64,000 nucleotides of DNA, taken from the NCBI GenBank assembly GCA_902560275.1, contig CACELJ010000001.1:883-64882 (forward strand), given 5' to 3'. Positions 39,409-48,348 of the stretch are shown in pieces (the stretch's first letter is position 1; each line of letters starts with the position of its first letter). Origin of the DNA: an uncultured SAR86 cluster bacterium. Lineage in GTDB: Bacteria; Pseudomonadota; Gammaproteobacteria; Magnimaribacterales; AG-339-G14. The translations under genes and the position numbers were made by a program. Below the pieces are notes generated by a model, which did no database searches, had not been told where the DNA came from, and saw only the letters and a list, made by a program, of their open reading frames with translations.

Positions 39409-40098
39409 TCAATCGTATGTTTTTGCTACTGATGTCATATTCAATCTTACTAAAGATCTAAAATTATCAGCTCTAGTTAAAAACTTTGCATACGCTTTAT
39501 TAGGAGCAGGATTATTTACAGACTCCATTGCTGTCGCAAGGTCTGGATAACCACAATACGCCATATGCGTACCGTATTTTTCAGGATTAGTTCCAGGCCC
39601 GAAAGATGCGACTCCCCAAGAACTTGGACACTGACCATTTGAAGTTTGCTCTTCCATCAATTCTGTATAAGCTTTCACGTAAGCTGAAGGATCAGTAACA
39701 TTAAGTAAGAAGACAGTGAAAACCTGATCTTTCATTACATCTCCTCCTCCAACTACTGGAAATCCTAAAGCTTGATTTGTTTGCTCAGATATAGAACTCA
39801 TTGATTGAAAATATTTTCCCCAACCTGGGCAAGTTTGAACTTGGTTAGACCATTCAACATAATCTGCATTATTCTCATAAAAAACAACGTAAGTATGTGT
39901 TGTGTCATCATCTCCGTTTAAATTTTCAGCCATTAATCTAACTACAGTATCATTTGGACAATCTTTGGTTAATTGATCTGTAGCTTGAACTACTCCAATA
40001 GGATTTTCTGTTTTTATTCCAAAAAATCCAAAAAATGGTCCGTCTCCAGCAATTAAAGGTATGCTCAGAAAACTAATTAAAATTAATATTTTTTTCAT
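39409..40098 (-). CDS. secreted two-repeat protein, uncharacterised family, paralogue 1
   Basis: I prefer the start at Met13 (MKKILILISFLSIPLIAG) because AGGAGA lies upstream. It aligns with 41114..41842 and 45086..45811 (see findings). Confidence 0.6.
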   Translation of the reverse strand: MKKILILISFLSIPLIAGDGPFFGFFGIKTENPIGVVQATDQLTKDCPNDTVVRLMAENLNGDDDTTHTYVVFYENNADYVEWSNQVQTCPGWGKYFQSMSSISEQTNQALGFPVVGGGDVMKDQVFTVFLLNVTDPSAYVKAYTELMEEQTSNGQCPSSWGVASFGPGTNPEKYGTHMAYCGYPDLATAMESVNNPAPNKAYAKFLTRADNFRSLVRLNMTSVAKTYD

Positions 40099-40219
40099 AA
40101 TATCTCCTATATTAACTTCACTAATATATAACATTAGTAATATTCATAAAATAGAATTAATGTAAATATTGTGCAAAATATTTAAAATATTAATTATTAA
40201 TTTTTAAAAGGGAGTGGTG

Positions 40220-41026
40220 ATGTCTGATCTATTAAAAAAAGAAAATTTGAAAGAGGGTGTTTCAATATTAACTCTCAATAGACCGGAAGTATTGAATAGC
40301 TTAAATAAAGAACTTATAGATGCTTTATTGGAGGCATTTGATGAAATCTATCACGATAATTCAATCAGGTCGGTAATTATTACTGGTGAAGGCAGAGGAT
40401 TTTGCAGTGGAGCTGACTTAGCAGGTGGTGGTTGGCCAAGTGACCCTAAATGGTCTCCGGGAGAGTCTACAGCTAATGCAATGGAGATAGGTTTTAATCC
40501 TTTAGTAAGAAAAATTGTTGAATGTCCAAAGCCTGTCGTCATTGCAATTAATGGAATATCTGCTGGAGGAGGAGTTGGGTTAGCCCTTTGTGGTGATTTG
40601 ATAATCGCATCTGAGTCTGCAAAATTTAAACTCGTTTTTGGTCCACAACTAGGAATTATTTCTGATGTCGGCGCATCTTGGCTAATTCCAAATTTACTTG
40701 GTAGAGCAAGAGCAAACGGAATGGCACTTTTAGGTGAAGACATAGACTCAAATAAAGCTTTAAATTGGGGATTGGTTTGGGAAGTTTTTCCAGATAATGA
40801 GTTAAAAGAAAAGGCTATAGAGTACGCAATTCAATTAGCTAATGGATCTATTACAGGGTTAAAAGCTATTGTCAGGGCTCATGATAATGCTCTTAAAAAC
40901 ACTCTTAATGAACAACTTGATTACGAAAGAGATACTCAACGAATCCTTTGTGATGGAGATGTATTTAAAGAAGGTGTAACTGCTTTTATTGAAAAAAGGA
41001 AACCAAATTTTAGAGACATAGAATAA
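40220..41026 (+). CDS. enoyl-CoA hydratase/isomerase (crotonase) family protein
   Basis: ITGEGRGFCSGADL oxyanion motif, INGISAGGGVGLAL, and C-terminal FIEKRKPNF. GGAG lies 5 nt before the ATG at 40220. Confidence 0.85.
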   Translation: MSDLLKKENLKEGVSILTLNRPEVLNSLNKELIDALLEAFDEIYHDNSIRSVIITGEGRGFCSGADLAGGGWPSDPKWSPGESTANAMEIGFNPLVRKIVECPKPVVIAINGISAGGGVGLALCGDLIIASESAKFKLVFGPQLGIISDVGASWLIPNLLGRARANGMALLGEDIDSNKALNWGLVWEVFPDNELKEKAIEYAIQLANGSITGLKAIVRAHDNALKNTLNEQLDYERDTQRILCDGDVFKEGVTAFIEKRKPNFRDIE

Positions 41027-41113
41027 GTTTAATAAACAATAAATTAATAATTTATTTTCCTCAAAGAAGAATAAATGATACATAATTAATTTTTAATATA
41101 GGAGATATTAATT

Positions 41114-41842
41114 ATGAAAAAACTATTAATTTTAGTTTCTTTGATTATCACTTCATATTCTCATGCTGCTCCAATTTGGGCAGAGTTTCAAATAGAAGTC
41201 GATGATCCAATAAAAGCAGCAAGTATTGCTGCTGCAACTGACAGATACATGAAAAGTGATTTTGTTAAAAAAAACTTTAATGGGTCTGTACACTTGAATG
41301 TATATGTATCTAATGGAGATAATCCAGCAACACATTCCTTAGTTTGGCTATTTCCAAGCATGACTGATGCATCTGTTTTTCAAACTAAATCATTAGATCC
41401 TTCAAATAGAGCTTCGCAAGAATTTTTTAGTGCTCTAAGTCAAAATTCTGAAGCAACTTCAGATTTAATGCATACCTTTGTCACTTCTTGGGGAAATGCC
41501 TCCAATAAAGACAGAGTTTGGGAGATTCACAATTTTTATGCCACTGATGCAGGAAAGGTTGTCAATCTTACCAATAAAATGATGGCTTCCATGGATGGGT
41601 TCCCAGGGCAGCTTGGTCTATCACAAAATACCTATGGAAATGGCGATACTTCTCACGCATTTACTGTTGGATTCGAATCTATTGAAGAAATGGAAGGTTG
41701 GCAAGATAAGTTAGCAACAGATCCGGTCTTTAATAAATGGCTTGTTGATATGGGTAAAGTTGTAGAATGGAAGGGCTCTGAATTAGTGGTAAATGCTGCT
41801 GTTTATGACTCTGCATTAACTATAGAAGAATTCGTTCAATAA
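41114..41842 (+). CDS. secreted two-repeat protein, uncharacterised family, paralogue 2
   Basis: Signal peptide MKKLLILVSLIITSYSHA. It has the same length and repeat pattern as paralogues 1 and 3. Confidence 0.6.
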   Translation: MKKLLILVSLIITSYSHAAPIWAEFQIEVDDPIKAASIAAATDRYMKSDFVKKNFNGSVHLNVYVSNGDNPATHSLVWLFPSMTDASVFQTKSLDPSNRASQEFFSALSQNSEATSDLMHTFVTSWGNASNKDRVWEIHNFYATDAGKVVNLTNKMMASMDGFPGQLGLSQNTYGNGDTSHAFTVGFESIEEMEGWQDKLATDPVFNKWLVDMGKVVEWKGSELVVNAAVYDSALTIEEFVQ

Positions 41843-41853
41843 GATCAGCTTAT

Positions 41854-41885
41854 AAAAATACCCGTTTTTGACGGGTATTTTTTTT
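41854..41885. terminator. bidirectional rho-independent terminator
   Basis: AAAAATACCCG (41854-41864), N7, then CGGGTATTTTTTTT (41872-41885). Confidence 0.8.
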
Positions 41886-42621
41886 AATCGGACTTTTCCC
41901 AATGAAATTTAGGTAATTTTCTGACTCCTTTATCTATTTGTTCTGCCCAAATATCTGATAATTCCTTAAAGAAAGGAGAATCAAGTTTAAGTTGTTCTTG
42001 AAAATCCAAATTAATTTCATCTTTTTTAAAAACAACTAAATCAATAGGAGGTCCTACTGTCAGATCTGATCTCATCGTTGAGTCTAAAGAAAGTAGTGCG
42101 ACACGTGCTGCATCACCCAATGAAATATTTTGATAGATCATCCTATCGAGGATGGGTTTACCGTATTTAATTTCACCGATTTGTAAATAAGGCTGATCAT
42201 CTGACATATAAATAAAATTTCCTTCAGGATAAACAAGCAATAAATTTGGATCTTGTCCTTTTATTTGGCCACCAACTATAAAATAAGAACCAAGCAAAGC
42301 AGATCCTTGATTTAAATGTTCTTGGGCTTTAGATTGATACTCAACGTTTAGTTCACCGATATAAGTAGCAACTTCCTCTATATCTGCGCAGGTATTTAAG
42401 CTTTTTGCTGCATTTTTGGATTCTAAATCTTTTTCAATTCTGTGATAAACAGCTTGCGAGGTAGATAGATTTCCTGATGTTAAGATAACAAAAGCTCTGT
42501 CGCCCACATTAAATGTAAACATTTTTGAGTATGTGCTTATGTTATCAAGCCCAGCATTAGTTCTTGAATCAGAAGCAAATACTAATCCATCATTTATTTT
42601 TATTGCTAAACAATAGGTCAT
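41884..42621 (-). CDS. Anbu (ancestral beta-subunit) proteasome-type peptidase
   Basis: MTYCLAIKINDGLVFASDSRTNAG places Thr2 as the N-terminal nucleophile after Met removal. Length is 245 aa. It is adjacent to circularly permuted ATP-grasp and alpha-E genes. Confidence 0.8.
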   Translation of the reverse strand: MTYCLAIKINDGLVFASDSRTNAGLDNISTYSKMFTFNVGDRAFVILTSGNLSTSQAVYHRIEKDLESKNAAKSLNTCADIEEVATYIGELNVEYQSKAQEHLNQGSALLGSYFIVGGQIKGQDPNLLLVYPEGNFIYMSDDQPYLQIGEIKYGKPILDRMIYQNISLGDAARVALLSLDSTMRSDLTVGPPIDLVVFKKDEINLDFQEQLKLDSPFFKELSDIWAEQIDKGVRKLPKFHWEKSD

Positions 42622-42676
42622 TTTTCAATCTAAATGGATGTTATATTCAAAAAATAGGAGATAAGTAAATAACAAA

Positions 42677-44116
42677 ATGAAACTTTCATGGTCTAAATAT
42701 GAGCTATCTAAATCGTACGATGAGTATATTACACCAAAGCGCACTGTTAGAGGTCACTTAAGAAAAATTGGAAATTTTTTTGAATCTCTTTCATTTAATG
42801 ACCTACAAGAACTTGATAGCGCAACAAAATCTGCTATCAAATCAATGGGTATCAATTTTCGAGTTTATTCAGATGAAGGTTCTGAAGAACGAACATGGCC
42901 TTTAGATTTTATTCCTAGAATTATAAAAAAAAGTGAGTGGAACGTTGTCGAAAAGGGACTAAAACAAAGAACTAAAGCACTCAATTATTTTATTGAGGAT
43001 TGTTATAACGAACAAAGTTTTCTTAATTCCGGAATCATCAATAAATCTTTGATAACTAAATCTAAGTATTTTTTAAAATTTTGCAAAGGAACTAAATTAC
43101 CTAATAAATCTTGGGCTCATATTTCTGGCAGTGATCTCATAAAAGATATAAACGGAGACTTTCATGTTCTTGAAGATAACTTGAGGGTACCATCAGGAGT
43201 TTCTTATATGCTAGAAAACAGATACGTCATGAAGAGAGTTTTTCCTGATTTATTTTCACACTATGGTGTCTCAAAGATAGATGAATATCCTACAAAACTT
43301 TATGAATGTTTACTTGATGCATCTTTTTCGAAATTAAAAAATCCTGAAATTGTTCTCCTCACACCAGGTATTTATAACTCAGCATATTATGAACATTCAT
43401 ATTTAGCGCAACAAATGGGAATAGACCTAGTTCAAGGTTCGGATTTAATCGTTAAGAAAAATATAGTTTATAAAAAAACAATCGAGGGGCTTAAAAAGGT
43501 TGACGTAATTTATAGGAGGATTGATGACGACTATCTTGATCCAGAGGTAGGTAATCCATTTAGCGTTATAGGAGTGAAAGGATTGATTAGAGCTTGGAAA
43601 AGCAAAAATGTTTCTATTGTGAATGCACCAGGTTGCGGAATTGCTGACGATAAGGCCGTTTATTCTTTTGTTCCAGAAATGATCAATTTCTATCTGAAAG
43701 AAGAACCTATTCTGCCAAATATTAAAACTTTCATGCTTTCAAATAAAGAGGAAAGAGATTACGTATTTGAAAACATTAAACAAATGGTTACTAAACCTGT
43801 TGCTGAGTCAGGTGGATATGGAATTTCAATAGGTAAAAATTTAAATGAAAAAGAAATACTAAAATTAAAAAAATTACTAATGAAGGACCCTAAAAACTAT
43901 GTTGCTCAACCACTTATAGACTTATCAACATCGCCAACATTTAGAAGAGATTCTTTATTTCCAAGACATTTGGATTTAAGACCGTTTATTCTGTCTGGGA
44001 AGCAAACCTATGTGACAGTTGGTGGCCTTACCAGAGTTGCACTTAAAAGAGGTTCAACTGTCGTAAATTCCTCTCAAGGCGGAGGAAGCAAAGATACTTG
44101 GATAGTAGATGCATAA
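42677..44116 (+). CDS. circularly permuted type-2 ATP-grasp protein (COG2308-like)
   Basis: 479 aa. It pairs with a translationally coupled alpha-E gene and lies next to Anbu. It has ...VVNSSQGGGSKDTWI near the C-terminus. Confidence 0.75.
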   Translation: MKLSWSKYELSKSYDEYITPKRTVRGHLRKIGNFFESLSFNDLQELDSATKSAIKSMGINFRVYSDEGSEERTWPLDFIPRIIKKSEWNVVEKGLKQRTKALNYFIEDCYNEQSFLNSGIINKSLITKSKYFLKFCKGTKLPNKSWAHISGSDLIKDINGDFHVLEDNLRVPSGVSYMLENRYVMKRVFPDLFSHYGVSKIDEYPTKLYECLLDASFSKLKNPEIVLLTPGIYNSAYYEHSYLAQQMGIDLVQGSDLIVKKNIVYKKTIEGLKKVDVIYRRIDDDYLDPEVGNPFSVIGVKGLIRAWKSKNVSIVNAPGCGIADDKAVYSFVPEMINFYLKEEPILPNIKTFMLSNKEERDYVFENIKQMVTKPVAESGGYGISIGKNLNEKEILKLKKLLMKDPKNYVAQPLIDLSTSPTFRRDSLFPRHLDLRPFILSGKQTYVTVGGLTRVALKRGSTVVNSSQGGGSKDTWIVDA

Positions 44117-45027
44117 TGTTAAGTAGGAGTGCAAAACATTTATATTGGCTCGCCCGATACGTAGAAAGAGCTGAAAATATTGCAAGAATGATTGATGTAA
44201 ATCTTGAGCTAATTTTAGATTTTCCTGACGATCATTCTTTAAACTGGAAACCTTTAATTGATACTTTAGATATTAATGATTTATTTGAAAACAAATATAA
44301 AAAATATAACGAAAACAATGTTTTAAATTTTTTGTTTGAAGATAAAAAAAATCTAAGTTCTCTTAATAATTGCTTGGAGATGTCTAAATATAATATAGAA
44401 ACCATAAAAGATGATTTACCTAAAACTGCTAATATAAGTCTGAATCATCTTTACGATCATATTCTTGGTCAAAAAATCTCTAAAGTTCACCAACGAAAGA
44501 AACTGCAACATATAACAAATATAGTTTCAATGACTCAAAATTTTTTTGGCGCTATAAATGATAATCTCTCCAGAGGATATGAGTTTGAATTCATTAGATT
44601 AGGTAGATTTGTTGAGAGAACAGATATGATATCCAGAATTATTGATTGCTTATGTATTTCAAAAGGTTCTAAACAAACTCATGATTTTTCTACGATGGAA
44701 TGGATTAGCATGCTTTCAACACTCTCAGCACAAGATGCATTCAGGAAGGAATCTAAAGGAGAAGCGAATAGGGGAGAAGTGATAACTTTTTTACTTAAGA
44801 ATGACAGTTTTCCTAGATCAGTATTTCGAAGTCTAATCACTATTGAAGCATGTTTGGAAAATCTTCCTAAAAATACAAAGTTACTACAAATGATAAATAG
44901 GATAATCAATATTTCTGAGAGATCTAAATTATATAATTTTGATGATAGAAGACTACATTTATTCCTAGATAACCTTCAAAAAAATGTATCTAAAATTGAT
45001 TCTAAGATTCACACTACTTATTTTTAA
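44116..45027 (+). CDS. alpha-E domain protein (COG2307-like)
   Basis: MLSRSAKHLYWLARYVERAENIARMIDV is the typical alpha-E N-terminus. The ATG overlaps the upstream TAA (TAATG). Confidence 0.75.
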   Translation: MLSRSAKHLYWLARYVERAENIARMIDVNLELILDFPDDHSLNWKPLIDTLDINDLFENKYKKYNENNVLNFLFEDKKNLSSLNNCLEMSKYNIETIKDDLPKTANISLNHLYDHILGQKISKVHQRKKLQHITNIVSMTQNFFGAINDNLSRGYEFEFIRLGRFVERTDMISRIIDCLCISKGSKQTHDFSTMEWISMLSTLSAQDAFRKESKGEANRGEVITFLLKNDSFPRSVFRSLITIEACLENLPKNTKLLQMINRIINISERSKLYNFDDRRLHLFLDNLQKNVSKIDSKIHTTYF

Positions 45028-45085
45028 AAAGTATTAGAAATAAGTTTTTTTTTCGTCATAATCAATTAATAAAAGGAGAAAAAAA

Positions 45086-45811
45086 ATGAGAAAAATTTTA
45101 TTTTCAATATTGATTACTATTTTTTCAGTAAACATATTTTCAGATGATCATGGTATTAAACCTGGAAATGTTGTTGCTGAATTTCATTACTTTGATGTAA
45201 CCGATCCAATGTCTTTTGTAGCAACAGTTGATAAATTTGATGTATCTTCTTGTGCACAAGAGTGGAGAGAAAAATCAGGTGTAAATATTGGTCTTTATGC
45301 GCTTGGTGGCGGAAGTCATTCTCATCTTATACTCGTGGTTTACGATGATTTTGATCAAATGCAACTAGGGAGGTCTATTTTTGGAGCATGCCAAGAATCG
45401 GCTCAGATGATCAAAAGCATGGATACTAGTTCTAATTCTCACATGTATTATAACTTTGTAACAGAATTAGCTCTTGAATCAGGAGATTGGAGAACGGATA
45501 CAGTTTTTGCTAACGTCGACATAAAGGTTGAATCTGGAGAAGAGGCTAAATATTTGAAAGCTTGGGTAGATTTCATGGAGTCACAAGAAAGTGTAGGTTC
45601 TTTTGGAATTAACCGAATCCTCTTTGGAAACAAATACTACACTCATATGATCTATTTAGGTTCTAATTCCTTGAGTGAACTTACAAATTCCATGAAAACT
45701 GCATTTAGTTCGAGAGACTATCAAACTTATTTAAATAAAGTGGAAGATATTCGAACGAATGTTCAAACAAGAATGGCTCAATTTGTAAAAGCATATCCTA
45801 ACGAAAGATAA
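45086..45811 (+). CDS. secreted two-repeat protein, uncharacterised family, paralogue 3
   Basis: Signal peptide MRKILFSILITIFSVNIFS, with AAGGAGA upstream. It aligns with paralogues 1 and 2. Confidence 0.6.
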   Translation: MRKILFSILITIFSVNIFSDDHGIKPGNVVAEFHYFDVTDPMSFVATVDKFDVSSCAQEWREKSGVNIGLYALGGGSHSHLILVVYDDFDQMQLGRSIFGACQESAQMIKSMDTSSNSHMYYNFVTELALESGDWRTDTVFANVDIKVESGEEAKYLKAWVDFMESQESVGSFGINRILFGNKYYTHMIYLGSNSLSELTNSMKTAFSSRDYQTYLNKVEDIRTNVQTRMAQFVKAYPNER

Positions 45812-45824
45812 GGATAATATTAAT

Positions 45825-45856
45825 AAAAAATACCCGATTTATTCGGGTATTTTTTA
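45825..45856. terminator. bidirectional rho-independent terminator
   Basis: AAAAAATACCCG (45825-45836), N7, then CGGGTATTTTTT (45844-45855). Confidence 0.8.
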
Positions 45857-45866
45857 AATGAAACAC

Positions 45867-46784
45867 TTACAAAGATTCACTGAAAAGTGATTTTAGATTT
45901 TGATCTTCTTTTATCTTTGACTTTAAAATTTTTTTACCTTTATCCAATATTTCATGATCATAGTTGATGATTGAACTTCTAAAACTTTTTTTAGCTTTCA
46001 CCTTTTTGTAATAATCCTCAAGAAAAGGTTTATCTCTAAATAATATTTCGTCCCAGCCGACTTCTTCAATTCTATGAAGAATAACCGCCCAACTAATGTC
46101 TGCTAAGGTAAATGAATTATTGATAATCCAATCTTGTTCTTTGGTCTTTAAATGATTATTTAGTTCATGTAGGTGATTGTTAATATTCTTTAATGATCTT
46201 TTAATTAATCTTCTGATAGGAGAATTATTCGAAAAAGCTTTATATCCAAATATTTTAAGAATAATAAAAAGGAAAACCCTTATTTTTAAGGGATGATTTA
46301 TCAAACCAAAAAGAATCTTTTTGATATTTATATGCTTAATCATTGAAGCAAAAAGTGGAAACGTCAGAGCGCCTATACAATTTCCTGCATATGTATCTTG
46401 ATTTTCCATTGGATCTCCAACCATAGAAGACTTTTTTACCCAATAGTCCATTGAATTTTTATCTTTTTCATTAGCAGGAATTATAGAACTTGAAGTGGAT
46501 TCTTTAGTTAAATAGTAAATTTGTTCATGCGATTCATAAATTGGGTAACCCTCATGTAGTAAAACTGGGACAGTCGCACCGGGATTAATTTTTAAAAAAT
46601 TTTTAGAGGCAACTTGATACTTACCTGTTTCTATTAAATCAATATGTTCCTGATCATATTCTATTTCTAACTCTTCAAGACATAATCGAACTTTACGAGA
46701 ACAAAGCGAGAAGCAATTATGATAGAGAATCCATTTTTTATCTGTATCAATAACTTTAAAACTTTGTTTTCCTTCTCTAGCCAC
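45867..46784 (-). CDS. glutathione S-transferase-family protein (GDAP1-like, with internal hydrophobic insert)
   Basis: The thioredoxin-like N-domain has ILYHNCFSLCSRKVRLCLEE...GATVPVLLHEG.PIYESHEQIYYL. A hydrophobic stretch reads IRVFLFIILKIFGY. Confidence 0.65.
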   Translation of the reverse strand: MAREGKQSFKVIDTDKKWILYHNCFSLCSRKVRLCLEELEIEYDQEHIDLIETGKYQVASKNFLKINPGATVPVLLHEGYPIYESHEQIYYLTKESTSSSIIPANEKDKNSMDYWVKKSSMVGDPMENQDTYAGNCIGALTFPLFASMIKHINIKKILFGLINHPLKIRVFLFIILKIFGYKAFSNNSPIRRLIKRSLKNINNHLHELNNHLKTKEQDWIINNSFTLADISWAVILHRIEEVGWDEILFRDKPFLEDYYKKVKAKKSFRSSIINYDHEILDKGKKILKSKIKEDQNLKSLFSESL

Positions 46785-48348
46785 GTTTTATTTTTTGCTT
46801 GATTGAATAGATAAGGAGAATCGTTAACAAGATAAACAAGGTTGCATAGGTTTTATTTGCTAATAATAAAATCCACACAAATATAAGAGTTCCGATAATA
46901 GGGGAGGGCTTTTCTACCAATTCAAAATCATAATTTAACCAAGGAGTTCCACTCTCTTCAGATAACATTCTATCCCCGTGAAGATAAAGATAACTTGCAT
47001 CAGGATATCCTTGTAGATTTCGTTTGGGAACTTTGTTGAGAGTTTCCTTCATTAAATTAAAAATATCAGGATAATCTTCTGATAAATCATACTCTTCAAG
47101 TGGATCCTCTATGATATTAAATAATTCATAGTAATTAACTGAGTTACTTCCAGCAGGACCTTTTTTAAAGTAAAGCTTCCAATCATCATTGAACAAGGCA
47201 ATTTCTTCAAAAGCTACACTGGAAGCTAAAACTGAATTTTGTGGTTTATCAACTGTTCGTTTAAGCAAAGAATCCCATCTACTGGTACCTTCAAAAAAAC
47301 TGTTTTCATAATCGATTTGAGCTGCACTCAATAAAGTTGGTAAGACATCCTGTATGAAAAAAAACTGATTAGAAGATTCATTTTTAAATTTACCTTCCCA
47401 CATCATAAATGCTGGAACCCTTATGCCTCCCTCATATGCTGACCCTTTACTACCTTTTAATCCTCCGCTGCTTCCTTTAGCATTCAATAATTCTGGAACA
47501 ACTACCGCTCCAATTGGATCAATGTCAAAGACAGGACCATTGTCACTAAAAAAAAGTATCAGGGTATTTGACGAAAGCTTTTCATCTTTTATGCTATCGA
47601 TGATTCTCCCAATTTGTTTATCTAGAATACTAATATTTGCTGCATAAATTCTTTCTTTTGGATCATCAATATATCCAAACTTTTCTATGTTCTCATAAGG
47701 AGCTTGAATGGGGGTGTGAGGAGCATTGAAAGCTACATATAAGAGTAAAGGTTTATTATTTTGTTTATTTTGTATGACTTTTATTGCTTCGTTCGCAATT
47801 AGGTCTGTTGAATAACCTTCTTCTCTTAAAGGCACACCATTCTTATGCCAATCAAGTCTTCCTGACATTGTATGATTAAAATAATCGATCCCTCCATTCA
47901 TAAATCCATAGGTTGTATCAAAACCTCTTTGACCTGGTAAATATTCTTTAGAATTCATGCCTAAGTGCCATTTTCCAACTAAAGCTGTTTGATATCCCGC
48001 TTCTTTGAAATACTCAGGAAGTATTTTGTATTCAAGTGGAAGCCCCGTGGGATTTGTAGAAGGATTACTAATTGGTCTTAGAATACCTACAGTATATGCT
48101 TCTAGCCCCGTCATTAAAGAAGCTCTTGTAGGACTACATATTGGATTTGAATAAAATCGATTTAACTCCAAACCTTCATTCACGAACCTATCTATGTTCG
48201 GAGTTGGAATAATGCTTTCATGGTATGAAACATCGCCCCAACCCAAATCATCAGAAACAATAATGACAATATTTGGCTTTTCAAATGGAAAAATAAAATT
48301 AGAAAATAAAAGGAAACAGAGAAGTGTAAACCTTAAATTTTTAACCAA
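46777..48348 (-). CDS. arylsulfatase-family sulfatase (formylglycine type) with C-terminal membrane anchor
   Basis: Signal peptide, IVIIVSDDLGWGD, C-x-P-x-R motif CSPTRASLMTG, and GKWHLG. The C-terminal hydrophobic segments are IIGTLIFVWILLL and LFILLTILLIYSI. Confidence 0.85.
   Translation of the reverse strand: MVKNLRFTLLCFLLFSNFIFPFEKPNIVIIVSDDLGWGDVSYHESIIPTPNIDRFVNEGLELNRFYSNPICSPTRASLMTGLEAYTVGILRPISNPSTNPTGLPLEYKILPEYFKEAGYQTALVGKWHLGMNSKEYLPGQRGFDTTYGFMNGGIDYFNHTMSGRLDWHKNGVPLREEGYSTDLIANEAIKVIQNKQNNKPLLLYVAFNAPHTPIQAPYENIEKFGYIDDPKERIYAANISILDKQIGRIIDSIKDEKLSSNTLILFFSDNGPVFDIDPIGAVVVPELLNAKGSSGGLKGSKGSAYEGGIRVPAFMMWEGKFKNESSNQFFFIQDVLPTLLSAAQIDYENSFFEGTSRWDSLLKRTVDKPQNSVLASSVAFEEIALFNDDWKLYFKKGPAGSNSVNYYELFNIIEDPLEEYDLSEDYPDIFNLMKETLNKVPKRNLQGYPDASYLYLHGDRMLSEESGTPWLNYDFELVEKPSPIIGTLIFVWILLLANKTYATLFILLTILLIYSIKQKIKRG

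Noticed and set aside
40351-40743. 130-aa minus-strand ORF inside the crotonase gene.
   Set aside because: It is antisense to a gene with clear enoyl-CoA hydratase motifs. Its P/S/A-rich composition is typical of an antisense frame.
45086-45811. Secreted paralogue 3 as a cryptic substitute for the missing Anbu-operon transglutaminase.
   Set aside because: It has a cleavable signal peptide and no Cys-His-Asp transglutaminase core. A cytoplasmic role with Anbu is therefore unlikely, and only positional replacement is noted.
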